Assembly (NCBI GenBank): GCA_973895155.1
Contig: OZ316892.1
Coordinates: 3,599,223-3,663,222 of the forward strand
From: Marsupella aquatica
Taxonomy: Eukaryota; Plantae; Marchantiophyta
DNA: 64,000 nucleotides
Reading direction: 5' to 3'
In this document: piece by piece, positions 35,803 through 47,700 of the stretch
Numbering within the stretch: the stretch's first letter is position 1
Layout of the letters: each line of letters opens with the position of its first letter
Position numbers and translations under genes: made by a program
The notes under the pieces: model-generated
Seen by the model: the letters and a program-made list of their open reading frames with translations, nothing else
The model's database searches: none
What the model was told of the DNA's origin: nothing

Positions 35803-37384
35803 GAATTTGTTTGCTTTTGATGGATTGCCCAAATTACTTAGGATGTCATTCATAAAAATGGTACTGTATGTTAAGGCTCATGCCCAAACTACTCAGGGTG
35901 CCTTTCACTAGAGTGAAATGTTCATTTTCAATTGATTTATAATAATATATGACCATCGGATGGGTTTCCTGGTGCTCATCAAAATGGAGAAAATGATTTA
36001 AGAAAAGTCTAAAAGTTTGTCAGCTATAGATTTGATATAGGAAAACATACAGGAAAATTTTGAGCTTACACAATGACCCAAGAGTTGTCCCAATAAATGG
36101 ATAAATCTGCGCAAAACCAGCAAATTAGACTTGGTTGGGGTGCTGAATATCCTTCTTAGGGTGTCTTTCACAAACTTGTTGATGACTTTACATAGCCCAT
36201 GGGGATGATCAGGAACAACATTGCAATCCATCAAAAGCTTCATTTCCATATAATCCATTGACCTTGCTATAATGTCTCTTATTTTTAACATTTTTTTTGT
36301 ATTTTCCATAACAAAAATTTGTATTAATTTTTAATTTAAAAAATATATATAAACAATTCAAGGAAAATATGTGAAACCCCACAGAAAGGGAAGAGTCAGC
36401 CCACAACAGTTAAACCCAAGACCTATCAATCTCTACTCAAGTGAGCTACCACAAAGTCATGCCTCTCTGGGCAACATAAATTTGTATTAATTTTTCAGAG
36501 ATTATTATTTTCATAGAGGCATGGGGCCAACTTAAAATCATTAAGCTTTGGAGTAAACAGTGCTCCAGCAGCCCCGCCAGCAGCATGTAAGGCTCTTGAG
36601 CACAACTTAGATGGAATAAAAAAGGCAACCATGTCTATAAATAAGTGGACAAGCTGTAAGAAATGCTATTGAAGCACATTTTAATGTTTAGTGAGATTCC
36701 ATCTAGGCTGTGAAAGTCCATTTGAGTAACATTAATTGTCATGGGTGCTTCTTCCTTGATGAGGACAAACCCCCCAAAATGAGATATTATTCTTGAAGAA
36801 ACAAGGGCGGAGGGAAAAAGTTCAAAATGTGTTTTGTATTGGTATCCTCCTTAAACTATTCCAATAAGTTTTGTGATTGGCTAGCCAAAAGACAAAATTT
36901 CTCCATTCTTTTCTTCTCCCTTACTTTGGTCCCGTCCAACCTTCTCATGCAGCATTGTGCTACTCTAGTGAATTATTATGGACCCCCATTAGGGATCCTT
37001 TCCAGAAATTTCAGGCTCCACAAAGTGCCACATCATCATGGCACGCTGCAAACACGAAGAGACTTGTTTTTGGATAAAATTAACTTCTGCATTTGTGTTT
37101 GTGACAATTGTTTTGTAAGACCTGGGATGCCATGCCGTAAAAAAGAATGTTAAAAAAAACTGACATGGAAATCAAAAGACAAAAAGATTGAGGTAAAACT
37201 GCTCCAAATAATGGCTTTATTTACATTTTGATTTTATTCAAAACAGAAAATAGATCATTCTCTAAAGAAAAAAAATGTCAAAAATGGACAAGTCAATGTT
37301 TGACACTTGAAATAGCTTCCAAACTTACCAAAGCAACCATAATTAACATCAATCACAAAACCAGTTGCAATGTGCACTACTGTT

Positions 37385-37680
37385 CTCGGGGGTCTCACTA
37401 TATGGGGACCTTCCCATCATCTGCGACGTTTTTAGGCCTCGGACCCCCTAAAATGTAAAAACTTTTTTTATTTTTTAACCCCTATAAAGTTGGAATATTC
37501 TTAAAATATTCCAAAAATTGGATTAAAAAGACCCTAATATTTTTATAAGTCTCAAAATTGAATTTAAAAGGCCCTATTGTTCTTCTACAAAAATTCTTAA
37601 GTCTTCCCTTAGAACCAATAAAATGACCCTATCCTTCGTCGCACATGATATGCCATTTTTGTGGAAGTGAAACCCCCGAG
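37385..37680. mobile_element. 296-bp MITE with 15-bp TIR and perfect 8-bp TSD
   Basis: TIRs CTCGGGGGTCTCACT / AGTGAAACCCCCGAG (14/15 match). TSD CTACTGTT at 37377-37384 and 37681-37688. Confidence 0.85.
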
Positions 37681-38640
37681 CTACTGTTTAATGTATGGGT
37701 ACAGCTTAATTGCCCATTTTAGCAAAACGGTGCTCGACGGTTTCCTCCACAGTACCGAAGGGATGTCAGATGCACTCAAGTTGCATCAAAAGTAATCACT
37801 TTTCAATTCCTACACATAGAGAGACAAAGAGAGAGAAGCCGTCGGTGTCATCAAATCAATAACTTTGCAGAATTGTTTGAGACAAAAAGTTTCATGGAAA
37901 CAAATCTCCAATTGTAGAATTTGGAATCGATCAAAAGCTAGAGAAATTTAGAAACTCATGATCACTTAATTTAGTACTTGATAAAATCTCCCAATGTCAC
38001 ACTCATTGGAAAGCTAGAGAACATTGGAAACTCATAATCTTTTGAGAACTCAACTAAATCTATCAATGTTAAGTTCATTAAAATGCTAAAGAAATTTTAA
38101 AACTCATAATTTCCTTAGCACTTGATAAAATCTGTCAATTTTAGGTTCATTCTCATGGAAGGGATCAACATTTCAAGGGATGTGCAACAAAAAGAGTTCC
38201 TTGATCCAATGAATCTATTCACCCTACAGGAGCCCAAGGGATGAACCTCAAGTCCTTCATGGACTTTACACACTGAAAAGTAAAGTACTTGTAGAAGGGA
38301 TGTGGCCTTACCCTATAGGGTGAATGTGGATGCATTTAGATGGATGTGGCGGCCACATTTGGTGGGATTGGCAGTTGGAGGACACTGCCTCCATCCTCCC
38401 CTCCTTCCCCATCAACGTTTGCAACTGATCCATGCATCGGGAGATCTTGCCATTGCCTGTAGAATGGCGCGAAGAACCTGTGGGAATCCAAATTTTGCGC
38501 ATGGTCTGACGTTTGAACAAGAGAGGCACGATCGACTCGTGGTCCCACTATGAAGCTGGACCTCATTGGAAATTTGCACTCTGCACTGTGCATTCTCGTG
38601 CCATACTCAAGACCACACCTCTGTCAAGGACCTGACCTCC

Positions 38641-39728
38641 ATGGGAACTGTACGTGGGAAAAACTACTCCGATGATGAGCTCAAGCAAGTGTGCTATAGC
38701 GTGTTGCATATCTCCCAAGATCCATGTGTAGGGAATGGGCAACAAGCTGAAAAATTTTGGGACAGGTCGGTGACCACTACGAGAAACACAAGCCAAAGGG
38801 CACATGAGTGAGGGGAAAGAAGTCTCTTGAAGGGAAGTGGGGCGACATCAAGAAAGATGTCAGCAAGTTCATTGGGTGTATGCAACAAGTAGAAGGCAGG
38901 CAGACGTCAGGGACAAACGAGACAAACACCATCAAATATGCAAAGGAGTTGTACATGGAGAATCACCCCAAGCACAAGAATTTCACATTTGATTCATGTT
39001 ACTAACTGGATTTTGAAAGAGTGCCCAAGGTGGTGCACTCCAGCTGACGATCTCATGGGCAAGGGGAAGAATAAAACGAGGGCAATAATGAAGGGAACAG
39101 ACAAGGAGAACTCCAGCCCAACAACAGAAGTCATAGGGTCCAATGAGGAGGGACAAGCTGCAAATGTGGATGATGCCTTTGATAGTGGACAATCAGCTAC
39201 AAGGAAAAGACTGTCCAGGAATAAGTTTGCCAAGGAGGAGGTGAAACGGCTGAAGCACCAAGATGCTTTGAAGATGACTGCACGGGCTCAGATGGAGATG
39301 GCAACAGCTAACTCTCAATGGCAAGAGTTATGGAAAACAATTCTTCCATGGCTTTAATTTCTTTGCCTACAGATGGAATGTCATAGGAATTGCAGCAGTT
39401 TATGAATTCTTGGAAGCGGGAGGAAGTGATGAAATTATTGAAGGAGCAAATGGACTCCCAACAACAAAATGTCAATATGCAGGAGGAAACTGCTGACGTG
39501 CCAGTTCAACCTCCCAATCCACAACCATTTGTTCGTCAGCCCAATTTTCCTGCCCCTCCACCACCCCCAGTGGTTGCCGTAGAAGATGACTCTGACAAGG
39601 GCGACCAGTACAAAGTAGTTCCTATTGTGGGCCAGGAAGAACCCATATCTGACTCACAACGGCCAATTCCTGAACCTATGCTAGATCATAATCAATTCAT
39701 GGCATTGCTAAACCAGGTTCAGCAGTAG
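38641..39728 (+). pseudogene. Harbinger ORF2 Myb/SANT-like (NAM-associated) protein, disrupted
   Basis: MGTVRGKNYSDDELKQVCYSVLHISQDPCVGNGQQAEKFWDR..KSLEGKWGDIKKDVSKFIGC..AKELY..FTFDSC.WILKECPRW. Stops and frameshifts present. Confidence 0.85.
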
Positions 39729-41015
39729 GGGTACTGGAATATGTAATTTTGTTTTAATTTTGTTGATGTACACTGATGAAGAGGACATTTCAACCTCATA
39801 CAATACAATGTCCTTATGCAATTCATTACACATGACCTGATTAGACATGTGAACTGCATTTCTATGAAGGTTCTTCCTAAATTTGTACCGCTCCAATTTT
39901 ATTTGCCAATGCTCACTCCCAATTCATGTGACTTTATTTTTGCCCTGTACACTTTGTCTCCCAGTATAGACAGGTCGAATTGTATTGGGCTTTCACACGT
40001 AGGGCACACTTCTCACAGTTGGTATTGGCCCTACCATCTGACCTCACTAATAAACTTTGCAAACCTCCGAACGCATTCCAATGGAGTCCCGCCAAAAAGA
40101 GAATAAGTGCGAAGAGCAGGGGGAGCTGGTTCCCATTGTGGCACATTTAAGCAATTTTGCAGTCTTCAATCAAATTCGCTTGCAACATTCCTTCAACATT
40201 CAGTCGTAGCCTTCGTTGGCAGTCTTCAACAGCCGGTCGCATCCTTCAGCTTTGGATCACACCTTCAGCGTTCTCCCTACTATTTTTCAATCTGCCTCTT
40301 GTTTTAGGTAAGGAGCGAGACAATGTGCAATTTGATTTTGAAGGCCTCGATTTGCATATGATAATTGAGTTCGCTTCTATTGCACATCTTTGCAGGGCCT
40401 CAACATGCCAAAGACGAGAGTAACTACCACAGTGCCACCAAGCCGGCCCACTCCATATGATTCAAATGCAGGTGGAGTCACTGAAGCCACCAATGCCCCT
40501 ACTCCAGTTCAACCTGAGACTGCTCTACCACTTGAACTCCGAGCTTGCCCGAAGGCAACAACAAGTCGGAGGGTGGAAGGCAATGCTTGGAGGGAGAGAC
40601 TTGAGGAGAAGAAGTTCAAGCGAGACCTCCAGAAAATTAAGGAGAGAGAGAGAAGGAGGCAAAGGAGACCACCTTTGACTCGGAAGGCAGCTCGGATAAT
40701 GGAGTGTTGATTGATGGGTACCGACGGGAGTACCCATCCGATTAGGCAAGGACGTAGGCAACATTGTGCAGCTTGAATGTATGCATAGCTGCAGTTGTCA
40801 TAAGTTCAGCTTTGAGTGTTTCAGCTCATTTTGAGTTCCGGGTTGAGTTCAACATTGTTAGGTTCCGCTGCCCATTTTCAATCAGCTTTGACAGCGGATG
40901 CTGCCTTCAATGTCATGTACAGAGTTGGACATGCTCGACTCAGTTTGAGTTTTTCTAAATGAAAGCATACTTGTTGTATTCGTTTTATACACGTTTTGTA
41001 TTGAACATTTGCATT

Positions 41016-41560
41016 TCAGAAAACCCATGAATAGGGTTGTACAATGTATTTGCTCTCGCAATTGAAAACAATTGCTCCTTTGTGAATTGAACCACTACAG
41101 GGTCTGTTCAATGGTTGCAAACCCAGAACCCCTACGTGCCCACAAATGCTCCACAAGATCCCATAAGCCAATTGACGAAGTGCAGTAGTGATTTTCTGTG
41201 TGTGGGGAGAGGCCCGCTTTCCTGCCGCATCATATTTCAATTGGAAATAAGGATCGTGGGCACACACGCCAGGAAGAATTCTGTTGAATAACCTTGAGCT
41301 CATCCTAAACCTTCTTCGAAATGAGAGCTTTGAATATGTGGGATTCAACCGCTCCCTTCTCTCTGTTTCGGTCCACATTGGTGCTTCTTCCTGGCCGGGA
41401 GCCTCCATGCTTTCTTTTCCTTCTTTCTCCCAAGATGGAGGTGATCGCCAGTGGTCCTTGGTAGAGAATCATCTCCCAAAACCTCTCCTCCTCATCCCAA
41501 TCTGCTTCGTCTTCCTCTTGCATTCTCATGAAATCTTTCCTCCAATTGGCGAGAGAAGCC
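41016..41560 (-). pseudogene. PIF/Harbinger transposase remnant (N-terminal, truncated)
   Basis: RKHGGSRPGRSTNVDRNREKG..NPTYSKLSFRRRFRMSSRLFNRI..HDPYFQLKYDAAGK..QKITTALRQLAYG. Frameshifted; catalytic domain not seen. Confidence 0.85.
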
Positions 41561-42154
41561 ATATGATGCAATCTGTCAACCAGCTGTGGATGTGCGCCGC
41601 GAGAAGAACTGAGTTTACATAACAACAGCGGAGAGCGCAATTGGATTGAAAGGGCCGAAGAGAAGTGTTCGACAATTGCTGCAAGAAGCTCCAATGTGCG
41701 CAGCGATGGTGATGGCATTTCAATCGGAGCTTGTTTGTATTTTGCAAATGTTTTGGAGGGTAAAAAAATCCTGGTTTGAACTACATTGAGTAGTTTGAAC
41801 CATCGTTATTAATAGATACAGGTCGCAATAGGGGGCCACCGGTGGTGATTGTAAAGTGGATGGGGGACCCTCCACTTCTCAGGCCTCCAAATGACTCACT
41901 GTATTTTGGATTTGGGTTTAGGGGCCAGGTGCCCCTAAACCGCTGGAGATGCTCTTACAAGTTTCTGGTAACAACCTTAATACACTCCAAGGTCCAAGAT
42001 TTTTGTTGAGTGAATTCTTAGTAAAAGCAGAAAGGAATCTTCATGATGAGAGGATCCAAATATTGACCTGGCATTCTTTTCCAAAAATGCATTAAAAAAA
42101 TACAAAGAAAAACATCACCAAGGGCATAGAGATCAGAGTGAGGGTCTCTCTTCC

Positions 42155-42335
42155 TCTCATCAACTACTAAAATACTCATATTAAAAGCAAAAAATGATTC
42201 TTCCCTCATCAACTACTAAAACACTAACATATTAAAATCAAAAAATGATTCGTCCCCTCATCAACTACTAAAACACTAATATATTAAAAGCGAAAAATGA
42301 GTCGTCCCCTCATCAACTACTAAAACACTAATATT
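42155..42335. repeat. ~52-bp tandem repeat x4
   Basis: CTCATCAACTACTAAAAYACT.A.ATATTAAAA.C.AAAAATGA repeated. Confidence 0.85.
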
Positions 42336-42744
42336 AAACGAAACACATTACGATGATAAAGTAAAAAACGCATAGAGAAACTGATGACGAGGTGCCGGCA
42401 GGTACATCCCCCAACGACCAAGCGCCACAACCCGCAAAGATAGTAGTGCTGCTATAATTATAGAGAAGGCTGATGAGACGGCTCCAAAAGATCCCTTGCC
42501 ATGGGGGCAGAGGAAGGGTTAATAGTACTGTACCCGACCTGATCACACTCCTCGAGTTCCGATCTCATCGGGGCCGTTCGAAACTCGAGATCCAAAGTGT
42601 TCGGAACTAACCGGAGTGTTGCCACATCGCCGGTCGGCCGGGCATTGGGTGAATGTGAGCCCCTCAAAAAGATCTGATATGCTGGCTTGCATATCTTCCC
42701 GGATCGGGGCTATATTATTAAAGCACTCCCATCGTGTGCTCTCC

Positions 42745-42825
42745 CAGATCCACTGTAATCTACTACGATCCCCTGTAATCTGCTGGATCCACTGTAATCG
42801 ACTACGATCCACTGTAATCTACTGG
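42745..42825. repeat. Short GATCC(A/C)CTGTAATC repeats x4
   Basis: Four copies within ~80 bp. Confidence 0.75.
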
Positions 42826-42969
42826 ACTCAGTAAACACCCTCTGTCCCTCGTGCTCCCGCCGTTGATGTTTATCGCTTGGACAGGAGCGCTTCTCGGCAA
42901 TCGTGGGAAAGGATGCTAGGAATATTCCTTGTGTATTTTGTGAGGTTAATTTTGACACTCAAACCTTCA

Positions 42970-43600
42970 TAGACTTAGAGGATACCGTTGCTAAGGTAGG
43001 ATTATTCAGAAGATTATTAGGAAGATTGTTTAGTTGGTTTTCCTAGATTAGTCTTGGCCCTTAAATCTCCCAAGATTTAAAGGATGACAATTACATATTG
43101 GATAATGGGGACTGTGGCGAAGTGGAAAATTGGCTAATGCAAGACAGAATTCTCCCTACATGTAGAGGATACTGTGGCTAATAATATGGGAGAAGACGTT
43201 AGGAATAATCTTTACTTAAGTTTTCTACAGTAGATTACTTTTGGCCGTCAAATCCCTCGATTTAAAGGATGACCATTAAATTTTGTCTAATGTGATCTGT
43301 GGCTAAGTGGAAATTGGCCAATACAAGACAGGAAATCTCCCTAGATTTAGGGGCTACCATGGCTAATATGGGAGAAGATGTTAAGAATTTCTTTATTCAA
43401 TTTTTCTAGATTAAGACTGGCCCTCAAAATCTCCCCAGATTAGGATGGCCATTAGATTTCGCCTTGACATGCTCCGTGGCGAAGTGTGAAAATTAACTAA
43501 TGCAAGGCAGAAAATCTAGCCAGTTTGACTGACCACGAGACTCTGGCTAATGCGCTCCGTGGCGTGTCAAATTGGCTAGAGAACGCGAAAATCTAGCGAA
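42970..43600 (+). promoter_or_regulatory. Triplicated ~185-bp module in the putative GI promoter with AAATCT/AGATT motifs
   Basis: Units TGGCCC.T.AAATCTCCC.AGATT(TAA)AGGATG..A.TTA..GTGGCGAAGTGGAAAATTGGCTAATGCAAGACAG at ~43055, 43242 and 43418. GAAAATCTAGC at 43510 and 43587. Confidence 0.55.
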
Positions 43601-44729
43601 ACGCAGCCAAAGGTGGAGGGTGCATGCTTTTCAGGGGACGTGAAATGTAGCGGATCCGCGACACTCGCTGGCGATTGCCTTTACAGTTTACGCCTCGAGA
43701 TGGGGAGTGCGGCCACAATATGCGACGAAGTGGCGCAGCAGCAGAAAGCCAGAAACCGAGCGCAGTCGCATCACCTGAGTGGAAGCTACAGGACTACAGG
43801 ACTAGAGGACTACAGTAGTTTAGTAGTACAGTGGTGAGGCGGAGGGCCTACTGTAGTTTAGGCCGTCGCGGCACAGAACCCAGAACTATGGGCAGTCGTA
43901 GCATTGGTGGAGAAGTGGCGTTACCTCCTCTCGTTGCAGCGATGGTGCGTGCAGCAGCGGCACCTCTCGATGCGCACTGCTCTGCTTCTCTCGCTCATTC
44001 AAAGGGAGCGCGCGTTTGGGTAGACAATTCTTTGACAAGTGCAGTAGTAGGTCGAAGCATTCTGTGGAAGCTCGGCGCTCCAGTCGGAGCTCTGTCAATG
44101 GCTGTGTGTTATTATTATTGAGGTGACGCTCTGTCTCGGTGAAGGGGCGCTCGCAACTAGGGCGGAAGCGTTTTTCTCGAGCTCCCCCCCGCGAAAGAAA
44201 TCTCAGCTCTGTTGACTCTCTGTCTCGTTTGCGGTCGCTGCTACATTTGGTTTAGGCATGGTGTCGAAGCTCAGCACGATAATCTTAGCTTTACAGATGC
44301 CCTGGGGGAGAATCGCACGGGACAGGGGAAGACACAGGGCGAGATTCTTGAGTTTTTTTGCAGTGGCTTGTTAGACCATGATAACTGGGAGTTTTGATTG
44401 CCGCATAGACGTTCATTGCAGGAGCCATCATTGCGTAAATTTGAGTCCGTCCAATTCAAAGATCACCTGCGGACAAAGGCCCTGCGGATGGACGGACAGC
44501 AATTTTGTTAGGGAGGGGGCCCTCACTTCGCTCGGGAATGTAGCCGGGGACCTGCGGATGGACGGACGTACTCGACTGAACCGGTTTGCGTAGCTAGATT
44601 GAAACTTACATACAGGAGAATAAATCCCAGGGCGCAGCAGATTGGCGATTTGGCACGGCCTAACGGGAGCGATTGAGCTAGAGAGAGCGAGGGGGGTAAG
44701 GGCGATACTGTGAAGAGAGGTCGGGCTCT

Positions 44730-47700
44730 ATGTCAGCACCTAGGCAGAAATGGCTTCGCGGCCTTCAATCTTCTTCGCTGTTCCGACCCGCACCCCAGAA
44801 CGCCAACCAGAAACATGTATGCTCCTCGTCTCTCTGTGTTGACGGAGTGCATGTGTCTCCATGAATTCCTAGATGTACGTTATTTGCTGGCTTGCCTTCG
44901 TCTTTAGTGCGGATATGATTGTTTCCATTCTTCAGGGGAGGGCTTGTGTGTGATGGTTCTCGTAAGTGGGTTACTCGGAAGGCCCTTGCGTTCCCTCGCT
45001 CCTGCTGTGGATTTACGACAGCTCTCCTTGTAGTCTTCGTCTTTGCGGAAGGAAACTTAGTGAGGTCTCTCTCGGCGACGTCATCTGCAGTATCTCCAAT
45101 TCTCGGTGAATCAGAGCCGGAGCTTGGCTTTTGCTTTCTTTGCCTGGGGTGTGCTGGAGAGATTGACTGTTGTGCAGCTTGTGGTCGAATGTCAGTCGCT
45201 TAGGTGTTTGTTTACATCGTCTTATGGTTAAAGAGTACGAAAGTCGTTTCCAACTCTGCGATAGCTGATGTAAGCACGTCAACCGTTTATGATGAAAGAA
45301 TCGTGCTCTCTTGTTACGCGGTTATCCCATGTCCTATCACGTACTTACATTTCGTACTAAAATCCTGCCTCGGCTTCTTCTCTCTTTTGATTTCGTTTTC
45401 CGTTTTCCATTACGGCAACCCCATCAATGCTGGGAGTTGAGGATCTATCCAGATTGCACACTAGTCAGTCGCAGCTCTTCCAATAAAACTACTCCTTTTT
45501 CCTTTCCTCCTGGTTTGTTGAACTCGCAGATCAGATTGTCACACTCAACTGGGCCCAAGAGAAAGTTTTTATGAAGACATTCTTGCAAGAGCAGAGACAA
45601 ATATGGGATGTGTTTAGTTCTTATGACTCCTCGCCCTTTGGGAACAAGCTAACTTGTTTTGGCATAGTTCCCTGAAGTCGTTTTATTGATTAATTTTTTC
45701 AATCCTCGCGACTTAAGTTTTCAAACGGCTTTCTTCAAACGACTTCGCTTCGTCAGCTTACGTCCCGCTCTCCATGCTGGAACTGTAATCATGAAGGTTG
45801 TCTATAGTTCATTTGCATATCTTTGCAGTGGAGAAGGCGGTGTATAGATGTCTTATGTCCAGAAGAAATCTTTGATTAGGGTTCACGCAAGAGTTACTGC
45901 TGCAGAGTATTTGCCATCGGCAGGGACCAAACTACCTGAACTTTGGACTCTCTTTAACGACGGACAGTACACACTGAGATTAGGGTTTATTAGCTTCGGT
46001 GAAGGAAGAAGGAACCTACATCCAACCGGGTCACGTGCAAGATTTTCAATGTCCCTGTATATGGTGCAAAGCAGTTGAAATTGCACGGAAGTAATCACAA
46101 TAAGTCAGAGTCTACTTGCATATGGGGAGGGCAACCTCTCTGATCTTTTACTAGCACTTCGCTCGTTATTACGATGAATTCTCATTCAAACTGTAGTTGT
46201 TCGTGTTTTGTTCAGGAGGATGTGCTAAAGACCTTCGTAATTGTTTTTGTCCAGTGATAGTAGTTTTGTCTTCGAGCAGTATCTTTGAACACATGTCTGT
46301 CAATGCTGTGTGTGACCTGTGTTTGAAATATTCCTTGGCAGCCTACTGCATGCGACTATTAATGGAATCTCGGAAACCCAATAAAATTTGGTTCTGGTCG
46401 TCCTGATTATCTGGCACTTGATGTCATCAAGGGGAATAGTAGTTCTGCAGTACTCTTATTCATTTCTCTTAGGAGTCATGCTTGTTAAACTGTTATGTGA
46501 AGGGAGGGTCGAGGTTTCCAGAGGGTGGAAGTAGTTATTGTGTTGTCACTGCAAGCTTGGTTACCAAATTGAGAATAAAAAGCCAACTGGACGGTTCACA
46601 ATCTTATGTCTTCAAGTTGAAGTTGTGATCTTAATTTTTCTTAATAATTATGGTCGAGTTCTGCTCCTTCAATTCTTTGTCTTTAAGTACCTCGTGATAC
46701 AGAATTGCCGCGTGAAAACTCTTCATCCTGGCATTATTGGATACACATTAATGTTTTTGATCTTCTGCCTTGTAGACGGAGGTCTTTGCATATGTTGAAC
46801 TTTTTGCACAGTTCGTTTCAGAATCATTCGTGGATGACATTGGGGAGGTATGTTCTTGTACGGCGTACTTGACAGTGATTTGTTAATCTCGTGGCTCTTG
46901 CTAAACTCTTAATTGTGGTAACGTCCTGTTAGCTCTTGTTAACGCGAGGTCATTGCTGAAGAAACTTAATACTTGTATGAAGTCTGCAGGTGGCAATCAT
47001 GTTTACCCTTATTACGTTTGGATTCTGAGGATAGGTGATGTAGACTTGATCCATTTACCTTCATTTTAATGTTTGTGCAGGCAGTTCGCAGTCATTATCC
47101 AAGCCAAGAGAGCTGCCTGCTGGATGATGTTTTAGGTAATATCGGAATCTCTTTTGGTCGATCATGAATATGTACGCAGGTCTTGGACACTGCCATTTGT
47201 GATATGCAACTAATTATGACGAGGATAAGATAGTAATTGGCTTTATTTATTCTGAAGTAGTGTGCCGAGGAAGATGTTTGTTCTCACTACCTTTCATGTC
47301 ATGCAGCTATATTTGTCCTTCATCATCCAGAACATGGACATGCAGTTTTACATGCCCTCCTCTCCTGTGTGATTGATGGCACAATTTTGTACAACAAGAA
47401 GAGTGCTCCGTTCGGAGCTTTTATTTCTCTTTTCAGTCCATCTACTGAGGTTGTTTTCACCACTGAGGCTCTCCCTTAAGTGGATCGTTTACTGGAGTCA
47501 TCTTTCTTGGATATATACATTTTTCGAAATTGCCGCAACACTCTGTCATCCAACTTTTATAGCTTTGAAAAACTTAAGAAACTTCACAATTTACTGTCTG
47601 GTCGGAAGTTAGATACAAGATGGAGAATTCCGTTGTCGAAGTTCTCTGAACTCCTCTGGCCTTTGAACTTCATGTCTTTGCTGAGTACTTCCTGTTCTTA

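Larger units (their letters stand above)
38300..41954. mobile_element. Decayed PIF/Harbinger DNA transposon (left end not located)
   Basis: Convergent Myb-like ORF and transposase. Right TIR CGCTGGAGATGCTC ends at 41954 and is followed by TTA (canonical GAGCATCTCCA TIR with TTA/TAA target). Confidence 0.75.

Noticed and set aside
37410-37455. Possible degenerate left TIR of the Harbinger element
   Set aside because: Only weak similarity, and it lies inside the separate TSD-flanked MITE at 37385-37680.
45848-46078. ORF in GI intron 1 as the GI start exon
   Set aside because: No GI similarity; the exon at 44730-44816 matches the GI N-terminus and splices in phase.
46990-47034. Possible poison exon in GI intron 2
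   Set aside because: The downstream intron would be only 46 nt and the splice sites are weak.
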